Shown here piece by piece: positions 55,726-64,000 of a stretch of DNA of 64,000 bases. Within the stretch, counting starts at the first letter, position 1. Each line of letters starts with the position of its first letter. A program made the position numbers and the translations under genes. Below the pieces are notes generated by a model. It was given only the letters and a program-made list of their open reading frames with translations. It was not told the origin of the DNA and did no database searches. Source of the DNA: Balanoglossus misakiensis (lineage: Eukaryota; Animalia; Hemichordata); the NCBI GenBank assembly GCA_040954595.2, contig CM082584.2, positions 3,007,344-3,071,343 of the forward strand. The letters are read 5' to 3'.

Positions 55726-57402
55726 ATTTGCATATTCCGTTGTGATGCGTAGAACACACAGGCCCGAGCGAATAAGAAAGTTTTCTGGTAGACTCTGTAG
55801 ATCGACGGTTTGTTCTAAAATATCCATGGTTGCTTCCAAACGCCGTCTTGTTATTTGCATATTCCGTTGTGATGCGTAGAACACACAGGCCCGAGGGAAT
55901 AAGAAAGTTTTCCGGTAGACTCTGTAGATCGACGGCTTGTTCTAAAATATCCATGGTTGCTTCCAAACGCCGTCTTGTTATTTGCATATTCCGTTGTGAT
56001 GCGAAGAACACACTGGCCCGAGCGAATAAGAAAGTTTTCCGAAAGACTGTGTAGGTCGACTGTTTGTTCTAAAATATTCATGGTTGCTTCCAAACGCTGT
56101 CTTGTTATTTGCATATTCCGTTGTGATGCGTAGAACACACAGGCCCGAGCGAATAAGAAAGTTTTCCGGTAGACTCTGTAGATCGACGGCTTGTTCTAAA
56201 ATATCCATGGTTGCTTCCAAACGCCGTCTTGTTATTTGCATATTCCGTTGTGATGCGTAGAACACACAGGCCCGAGGAAATAAGAAAGTTTTCCGGTAGA
56301 CTCTGTAGATCGACGGCTTGTTCTAAAATATCCATGGTTGCTTCCAAACGCCGTCTTGTTATTTGCATATTCCGTTGTGATGCGTAGAACACACTGGCCC
56401 GAACGAATAAGAAAGTTTTCCGAAAGACTGTGTAGGTCGACTGTTTGTTCTAAAATATCCATGGATGCTTCCAAACGCCGTCTTGTTATTTGCATATTCC
56501 GTTGTGATGCGAAGAACACACTGGCCCGAGCGAATAAGAAAGTTTTCCGAAAGACTGTGTAGGTCGACTGTTTGTTCTAAAATATCCATGGATGCTTCCA
56601 AACACCGTCTTGTTATTTGCATATTCCGTTGTGATGCGTAGAACACACTGGCCCGAGCGAATAAGAAAGTTTTCCGGTAGACTCTGTACAACAACGGCTT
56701 GTTCTAAAATATCCATGGAGGCTTCCAAACACCGTCTCGTTATTTGCATATTCCGTTGTGATGCGTAGAACACACTGGCCCGAGCGAATAAGAAAGTTTT
56801 CCGATAGACTTTGTAGATCAACTGTTTGTTCTAAAATATCCATGGTTGCTTCAAACGCCGTCTTGCTATTTACATATTCCGTTGTGATGCGTAGAACACA
56901 CTGGCCCGAGTCGATGTCAACTGAGTGTGAACGAGTTGTTTCGCGTCGTGTCGTCTGCTCAGTTTTCGTGGCTGAAACGACAGGAATAATACCCCAGTTG
57001 GCCTTTAAATTGTACATATCGTGAGATTTGAGCGCCATAGAAACCACAGATATCATGGAACAGGAAGGTAATATCGTTAAAATCTTTGTTTTTAATCAAA
57101 ATATTGACCTCTGAGTTCTGCTAATTTGTGCTGGTGCCAAACGGGCGCGATGTTACACGGCAGCCAAATATAGAATCGGAGTTCTGAAGAAATGCTATTA
57201 CGATACTTTGGATTTCGTGTCATTATTTTTCGGAAATGTTATTGTTTTCTCAGACAAGGTGACAGAACACAGACTCAAGGCATCTCGCGCTTCCGTCTTC
57301 AATGTTGAATTTGATATTTTGACTGTATTTGCGTGAAAGCTGATGGGTCTTCGCATTCACCGCAGAAGCTATCGTGCGTCGCTGAGATTTGATTCTTTAT
57401 AA

Positions 57403-58108
57403 GGCTGCATTCACAAACACCTCTGGAGGGGGGGGGGGCGGGAAAATTCAAATGTTTTACCGCTAATTTTCACATGCCCCCCGTACACAACCCAAAATAT
57501 TTTCAAATTCTCCCCTTCCGTACTTCCAAAATTTTGAAATCCCCCCCCCCCCATTTTCTTTCTAAGAGCAAAACAAATCTATCTTGTAAAAAAAGAAAAA
57601 CAGCGTTCCCATGAAAAGAATTTGAAACTGATGTTTCCCCTCATCAGTGGGTATTAAAACTGAACACTGTTTGTAATTTTTAAGTATTTGTATTTGTGTT
57701 GGGAGACAAAGCTGCATTTTAATGAACCCGGCAAAAGCAAATTAACTCAACTACCGGTATGTTGGGGAGGACAAATTTAACCGTCACCGCGCGCTCAAAG
57801 TTATCATGGGGTGGCAACAAGTCCCCTGACCTGGGACACTAGATAAACCAGTCAATGATTGAAGGGTGTTGATGAATGGAGGGGGGAGGGGGTGTCCCCC
57901 TCCCACATTAGAAAATTTTGTAAAATAAAGGGCGCGAAACTGCATTTTTGTGGGCTCCAAATAAATATTTAGTCGTCAAAGTTTTCAAGTCCCCCCCCCT
58001 TCCAGTCCCTAAATTATTTCAAATCCCCCCTTATATACCCTCATTTTTTTCAAATCCCCCTCAATTCTCCTGCCCCCCCCCCCTCCAGAGGTGTTTGTGA
58101 ATGCAGCC
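57403..58108. mobile_element. PIF/Harbinger-type MITE, TAA TSD
   Basis: TAA|GGCTGCATTCACAAACACCTCTGGAGGGGG ... CCCCCTCCAGAGGTGTTTGTGAATGCAGCC|TAA. Confidence 0.92.
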
Positions 58109-58429
58109 TAAACGAAAATCATTTCATAACCATACCAGATAAAGCATTTCCAGAAATTTTGAAGTTTGTAGACTTTTCTGCTATAGTTGTCTATAGATTT
58201 AGTGTTGAAGTCACGCTGAACTGCCAAAATTTAACACAGACTCGCCGACCACATTTCAGACCATTTCATAAAGCACAGGGGCGAATAGCACAGTTCAGGG
58301 TTTACGTCATCAAAATCTAATGAATATTCATGAGTTCGAAAATGCGGACAAAGTCGCGGGTACGCGTCGATTGCCCCCAGGACCGCCCCATCAGCTGGCT
58401 GCGCTGAGCGAGCTTTGTTTGTTTACATT

Positions 58430-58585
58430 ATGATGCCGGCGTCGACCGAACCAATTTCACTGGATGTTCCTGGTGCAAAGCTTGCATATGCATCTGTTGA
58501 GAAGCACTCTGTTGAGCAACTTAAATGGTGGCTGAAATGTAGAGGTATAAAAACAAGTGGGAAAAAAGTGGAGCTGATGAGTTCA
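58430..58585 (+). pseudogene. SAP-domain N-terminus of a transposon accessory (YqaJ-type) ORF, truncated
   Basis: DVPGAKL...VEKHSVEQLKWWLKCRGIKTSGKKVELM fits a SAP fold. The YqaJ link is from knowledge of ISL2EU organisation and is not seen here. Confidence 0.7.
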
Positions 58586-59046
58586 TTCAAGTTCATCATC
58601 GTAATTATTGTTTACTTCCGCATTGACCGGCTTCTTCGGAAGCAGGCATACTAAATATTGATGTAAAATGAATTTAAGGCAATAGAATTTCAAGAAAAAA
58701 ATCGTTAAACTTATTATTTCTTGTGAGATTATTTTGCTGTTCAATATTTCCCCACTTGTGTTTGTGTTGTCTGCACGTATGTATGCGCGCCAACGATGTT
58801 GTGCACCGCGACCCCGGTTTATAGGTCCACTGTTAATGTTCTCGTCGTTCTTCAAAACGTTGTTGTTATGCTCTGGTATGTTTTTTATTTATGTTCTCAG
58901 ATCAAGTGTCGAATAGGCGATAAAAATATAGACCAACCCAATATACTGCGCGGAAATAAACTACGGGCTAGGCTGTGTGGGCGATGGGGGGGGGGGGGGG
59001 GGGCTGCCACAGGTCCTTACTGATAAAAGTAGTGTTGTTGACATGA

Positions 59047-59325
59047 CTATACGAGAGATATTTGCAATATTGATATGAGGTCGGGATGGTCGCTTGTTGG
59101 TCCCTTCCTGCCTACGAGGTGGAGGCTACAAATATAGGTGTCCTTTTTGACATTGTCGACGCCGAAACCCTGTCTCCCGCAAGCATAAATCCATTTTTGA
59201 CATTTCAAAATATTTCGATGTGGCTTCGGAAATCGGATGAAGAAAACATCTTTCATTTCAACACGATCGGTGTACCTCGAGTCACTCGTGCAATGTCCGT
59301 AACAGCAATGTTTAGTAGCGCCCAT
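59047..59325 (-). pseudogene. THAP zinc-finger N-terminus of a transposase, truncated
   Basis: MGATKHCCYGHC..DSRY...FIRFPKP....C.KW..ACGR.......TYICSLH.VG..GPT..HPD is the C2CH THAP signature. No DDE domain follows. Confidence 0.88.
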
Positions 59326-60451
59326 CGCGGAAGTAAACCAAAACAAAGTTTTTAAAAGTAAAAAGCGCAACGCTATCGCTACGTGCTTCGCTCAGTCGAT
59401 GCTACGTCAATGTCCGCTTTTGTCCGCATTTCACTGTTGCCGGACGCATGCGCACTCGCGCAAATCTATTTTTAGCGACATTGATAAAACCCTGGACTGT
59501 GCTATATAAGTCGAAATTTTGCATTTAATCACAAAGTTATCGTGTTCGTGTCGATTAGATACGTTTTCGTGTCGACGAGCACCACCCGGGTATCCATATA
59601 GCTAAAGTACAAGGCAACAAATGAGAACCAATGATTGATAACTGTACCCTGAAGCTCTAGAGATCACAAGTACCACAATGTATTCAAATGTTTTTGATGC
59701 AATTATTATTTTTTACGTACGTTGACAACCGTTTTCATCAAAGGTGACTGACAATTTCGTTTTGTTACGAAAATTCCAGCCTCTAAAGGCTAGAGGTTTT
59801 CGTAACTGCGAACACACATCCCTGCCACACATTGCCGACACTTATTCAAAACGGACAACTAAACCGCAAAATTCACGCGTCGCTACACATACGCGAACGC
59901 CACTACCAGCCGTCAGACGTAAACCTCTCTTGTATACTGCGCGCGATGCCATTCATATCCAGGGAACTACAATTAATCAGGGACACACATGAAATACAAC
60001 ACATTACAAAACATAATGTGCGAAGCCATGTTGATAATTTCATTCACAAACAATTTCAAGACAGATAAAGCGGTGAGAATCACTGGGGTCGACATGGTCA
60101 GGGGTCAAAGTGACCTGTTACCGATAAGGACATGTACGGTACGCTTCGGAATACGCATACGAAATGGAATCCGCAAGACCGCTTATTTGTTCGGGGATTC
60201 TCTTCTCCAGTTCAGACTAAAAACAAAATCATTATATCCGAAACAATAGAAACATGCACTGTTTTTCAGAGTTATGTATAATTATTTCGTAACATAATAT
60301 TGTAAGCAAATGTGTTCATATCTCGTAAATGTCCGTCTTCTGGTGGAAACCTGGGCTGTGAATGACTTTCAGTAAGTGTCGCGAATGCGAAAATGAATAC
60401 GAATATGAATTTGAGGGCAATTTCAATGCTCTAGACTTGACGCTGAGCAAC

Positions 60452-60598
60452 ATGTCCTGTGTTCAATTAAAGCTTGCCGCATTGCTGTTACGCGAACATT
60501 ATGGCGAAATAGTCGAAAACGTTGGTACTTATTTGATAGAAAATGGTGCTCGACCGTTAAGAGTGATCGCTCTGGATACTGCCATAAAGGTTGATCAG
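60452..60598 (+). CDS. POLR3C: RNA polymerase III subunit C3 (RPC62), coding exon 1
   Basis: MSCVQLKLAALLLREHYGEIVENVGTYLIENGARPLRVIALDTAIKVDQ matches the POLR3C N-terminus as I recall it (LLLQEHFGEIVEKIG...PLRVIA.DT). CAG|GTAAGA donor. Confidence 0.95.
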
Positions 60599-60918
60599 GT
60601 AAGACGAGAGTCTTCGAAACCTGGATACTGGAACAGTGGAAGGGACGATGTAAAATCTTAGACACTCTCCCCATCATTCATAGCTGCAATGATTGAATCG
60701 GGTGTTGCTAGGTTGACTGGTGTGTTCGGTGCGAACAGTCAACCTACAATGACCTAGCGGAAACCATTGCAGCTTGGTTGTTGGGGGATACCAACCTACA
60801 GCGAGGGTACCCCTGCGTACAGCGCTACAGCGAGGGGAGTGTTAGGGCTATGGACCCGCAGCTACAGAGGGTTGTGTGAGGAGCTGTCAGCTTAACTTTG
60901 TGTTGGGTGGGGGAACAG

Positions 60919-61018
60919 CCTAGCTCTGCGTGGCAGGGCTGTGTTGTTACGGCGAGCCCTCCAGGGCTGTGGGTGGAGAGCTCGCCGTAACAACACAGCC
61001 CTGCCACGCAGAGCTAGG
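60919..61018. repeat. 100-bp GC-rich hairpin (MITE-like) in POLR3C intron 1
   Basis: CCTAGCTCTGCGTGGCAGGGCTGTGTTGTTACGGCGAGC and its exact reverse complement. Confidence 0.88.
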
Positions 61019-61729
61019 GTAGAGGTCTGTGTGTGGTGGAGGCCGTGTGACGCCGTGAACACACTGTACGCAGGAGCGATCAAGCCCCCCGTCAGCGATC
61101 AACCAACCCACCAGGGCTACAATTTAGCTAGGCTAGGTGGGTAGCATGCCTGTCATCATGTGTCAGAGTGATCTAGTGTTTCCAAGCATGTGTATTCTAA
61201 TGTGTTTGGTTTACAGACGTGTGTTGTCTGCTTCCAAAATTAACATCTAGCCATGCCACTTTTCCAAAAAGCCTTATACCCTTTGCTGCAGGGAGCTGTG
61301 ATGTGGCCAGTACCCACTGAGGTCACTCACATAAACTGACCCATGTTGAGTGGGTGTAAGATTATATAGTGAAGTTAGGGCTAATTACATGGAAAATATT
61401 ACACAGTCTCTGTAACAATTTTTCAATATTTTTGTTTTGCGTTTGGCTATATTTTCTTGTTCACCTTCTCATTCTTTCCCAACACATACAAGTCATGTGT
61501 ATGTGTACCGGTCATTGTTATTGTTGACAAATGCATTCCACCAGTCCAGACTTAAAAGGGACAAAGTCTCTCTCTTGCTGCTCTTTTTTCATTAATTATG
61601 TTTGATACAAGACACCCTTTATATATGTCAAGGTTAAGTGCGCCGAATTCCCTAAAAAATCCTCACCATTAAGTCATATTACTTGCATTTTTACACATAC
61701 CACGATACTAGCTGCATACTGTTTGTATG

Positions 61730-61917
61730 GAGGCTGATTAAGTCGATGCGGCACAGTTTTAATACATAGCGTGTTCAAATTACAACATGCAGTCACGATC
61801 GGGTATCGATAAGGTGTTCATGTATACCTATCAGTATGCTTATTTAAATGGACCAATTTAAGTTGGAAAATACAATCATGACAATAATGCAAAAAGTGGC
61901 AGCTTTAGAGGCTTTAA
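61730..61917 (+). repeat. Dispersed repeat fragment (copy of 6003-6196)
   Basis: Colinear similarity to 6003-6196. Ends GGCTTTAA just upstream of the exon-2 acceptor. Confidence 0.7.
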
Positions 61918-61945
61918 TATTGAGGGATGGTTTTATTTCTTGCAG

Positions 61946-62067
61946 ATTAGGAAAGCTTTGTGTGTGCTGATTCAACGTAACATAGTGAAGTGTTTAATCA
62001 ATAAACGTGGTATTGTTGAATATCAAGCTGAAGTGAAGAAGATACTCCTACATACAAGAAACCCAAA
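61946..62067 (+). CDS. POLR3C: RNA polymerase III subunit C3, coding exon 2
   Basis: TTCTTGCAG acceptor, IRKALCVLIQRNIVKCLINKRGIVEYQAEVKKILLHTRNP(K), GTAAGC donor, phase 0 to 2. Not in the ORF track. Confidence 0.93.
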
Positions 62068-62198
62068 GTAAGCCATTCATTATCAGTGATGTGACACTCC
62101 CATATTTTCTTCATCAAGTTCCTGTTTCTTATTCTTGTAAGGCAAAGGTTTTCTTCCACCGCACACTGCTACTCACAATGGTGACACTGTTGGATTAA

Positions 62199-62508
62199 CC
62201 CTAATGCTACTGGGTGTCAAACCTGTTTAGAGTGCAAAGTCCCTTAAAATACGTATTTGCCACATTTTCTTCTAAAACGTATATTGACTGTCTTGACATG
62301 GCTCTCATAATACGTACTTAGACACACTTGGCAGTCTGAGCCCCCTGTAAAATGTACCAAATCATAGTGGTTTGTACTGTATTGGTCTTAGGGTCTTGTA
62401 TAGGCCCTACATAATAACACACACTTGGCAGTCTAACAGGCCGGGGAGCCCAGGATTCTAGGCACCCTGGAAATCACACCAGTTTTAACTGACTTGGCAG
62501 CGTTAGGG
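62199..62508. mobile_element. piggyBac-like MITE, TTAA TSD
   Basis: TTAA|CCCTAATGCT ... AGCGTTAGGG|TTAA. Confidence 0.8.
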
Positions 62509-62782
62509 TTAAAAGCCCATATTTCTTGACATGGTCATTTCTGTATAAATGAAAGAACTTTTATCTCTACATACAACCATTTATTACATATGTACCGTCG
62601 ATTACTTGCACCGAGCGCGTGCGTAACATCGATATTTGCACTCAGTGCAATACCAAAAACATTATGCCATACCTGTATGCAAATGAGTGGCCTGTTCACG
62701 AAACAAGCAATATCATTCCGCGGTCTCATTTCTTTCATTTTCGGTCTTTTTTTTCAAAATGAGGTGAACATATGTAATAAAA

Positions 62783-62975
62783 ACAGAACCCCATGGCTCA
62801 ATCGTGCAAGCACGGCGTACCGGTAGTATTTGCACTCGTGCTGGCGGTGTATTCTTGCTGCCCCCCGCACTCGCTGTCGCTCGTGCGGGGGACGGGCGCA
62901 AGAATACACCGCCAGACATTCGATGCAAATACTACCGTTACGCCGTGCTTGCACGATCGAGCCATGGGGTTCTGT
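62783..62975. repeat. ~190-bp near-perfect hairpin element in POLR3C intron 2
   Basis: ACAGAACCCCATGGCTC.ATCGTGCAAGCACGGCGTA.CGGTAGTATTTGCA ... TGCAAATACTACCG.TACGCCGTGCTTGCACGAT.GAGCCATGGGGTTCTGT, with loop CTCGCTGTCGCTC. Confidence 0.88.
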
Positions 62976-63684
62976 CATATTATTGGTAAACAACAGTTCA
63001 GTACTAATGCAAAACATAGGTACCACACCAACTGCTGTAACCTATGGAGTCCCATAAATTACAATAATTCTTGGTATCAGAATACAATACCAATGCAAAT
63101 GAGGACACAGAGTAGAAAAATACCTGGGTCATTGGACTCATCCTCAGCATATCAAACATTTTCTGGGCTTCAGTGTCATGTTTGTAAAAAAAAAACTGGA
63201 GATAAATCCATTTACAAAATAGTTTCCAAAGTACCACAACAAGCTCAGAGTATAGATGTTGGCAGCGCAGCATCAGCTGATGTGCTAAGTCATGGCCTGT
63301 TCAATATGCAAATGTCTTCATGATGTAGCAAACAAATTTTAGGGTGTTTGAAAACTAGAAAGTTCTCCTGTATCGCTTCATCAAGGTCGTTCACAAAGGG
63401 TGTGTAATAATAAGGCTATTCACAAAATACTGAGATTTATATCTTCACACATCGTGCAGTGGAAGTATTGTCAGAGACATGCAGTGTCAATGACAATACT
63501 GAAGCATACGATATACAAGGACATAAATTCCTGTATTTTGTGAATAAGTATGTGCTCCTTGAAGAGAATGCATTTTGGCAACAGTGCTTATGTGAGTTGT
63601 TTTGATTACCACAGTTCCTCAACAAAGTGTAAGTGACCGTAATAAATGCATCTCATGCCCATGTGGAAATTTGTGCTTTTTCAG

Positions 63685-63818
63685 GTATATCTTCTGTACT
63701 AAGACTCTTTTTGGAGATGCTGGAGAGATCATTGTGGAGGAACTCTTACAGAATGGACGGATGCTGATGAGTGCAGCAATTCATAAAGTCACTGAAAGAC
63801 TTAATGAAGTCATAGCAG
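63685..63818 (+). CDS. POLR3C: RNA polymerase III subunit C3, coding exon 3 (gene continues beyond the window)
   Basis: TTTTTCAG acceptor, YIFCTKTLFGDAGEIIVEELLQNGRMLMSAAIHKVTERLNEVIA, G|GTATTG donor. Phase matches exon 2. Confidence 0.93.
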
Positions 63819-64000
63819 GTATTGCAGTTGCTCTTTCTATTTTGTGCCACAAAGGGGCACTTTATAGTGAACACCTATTGCCTGGCCATGAGGGCCATAG
63901 CAGCCGTTTATTACCCACGAGGGGCTGTGAGTTACCAGAATCACATGCTATTTCCCGAGGCCGTAGGCCGAAGGAAATAGCCTATATATGTTTCTGGTAA

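Larger units (their letters stand above)
44892..56910. repeat. 127-bp satellite array, ~80 monomers in three blocks (44892-51338, 52949-55428, 55726-56910)
   Basis: Consensus GTTGCTTCCAAACGCCGTCTTGTTATTTGCATATTCCGTTGTGATGCGTAGAACACACAGGCCCGAGCGAATAAGAAAGTTTTCCGGTAGACTCTGTAGATCGACGGCTTGTTCTAAAATATCCATG. Period confirmed by the 127-nt ORF offsets. Divergence rises at the right edge. Confidence 0.99.
58287..59503. mobile_element. ISL2EU-like transposon, internal-deletion derivative
   Basis: AT|AGCACAGTTCAGGGTTT ... AAACCCTGGACTGTGCT|AT. Contains convergent SAP-domain (+) and THAP-domain (-) ORF starts. Confidence 0.85.

Noticed and set aside
44892-56910. CRISPR array, 5S rRNA or tRNA tandem cluster
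   Set aside because: No unique spacers; the whole monomer repeats. No recognisable 5S or tRNA sequence or A/B boxes. Eukaryotic context.
44634-57056. About 100 near-identical 63-147 aa ORFs (MQITRRRLEATMDILEQ...)
   Set aside because: Artefact of the 127-bp period, which is not a multiple of 3, so each ORF cycles through frames and stops. No domain or splice evidence.
59950-60094. Divergent gene head-to-head with POLR3C
   Set aside because: The minus-strand ATG near 60094 opens only ~40 codons with no donor site or recognisable product.
60362-60451. N-terminal extension of POLR3C from the upstream ATG
   Set aside because: Similarity to POLR3C starts at the Met at 60452. The extension is low-complexity (ECENEYEYEF).
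62793-63323. 176-aa ORF in POLR3C intron 2
   Set aside because: Begins in a GC-rich hairpin repeat. No recognisable domain.
63819-64000. ORF continuation after POLR3C exon 3
   Set aside because: Similarity ends at a GT donor at 63819, and the downstream sequence is intronic with a hairpin repeat.

Overview
AT-rich, repeat-dense eukaryotic (animal) genomic DNA; the repeat repertoire suggests a marine invertebrate, which is inference only. Two spliced host genes can be read. POLR3C (RPC62/RPC3) begins at 60452 on +, with three exons before it runs off the window. A small coiled-coil gene I do not recognise lies on - (six phase-compatible coding exons, 39322->32478). The largest feature is a ~12 kb array of ~80 copies of a 127-bp satellite (44892-56910). 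It appears to have grown inside an old Harbinger-like element, shows 4-, 7- and 8-mer higher-order duplications, carries an ATTTGCAT octamer in nearly every copy, and is interrupted by two clean transposon insertions, one a relative of the host element. The rest is mostly transposon debris: L2/CR1, Rex1-like, RTE and RTE-X-like LINE fragments; a decayed Tc1 with an unusual D-42-E spacing split by an EnSpm-like insertion; a piggyBac remnant; an ISL2EU-like deletion derivative keeping THAP and SAP heads; many MITEs; nested inverted repeats; and mini/microsatellites. All alignments were done by eye; no searches were run.
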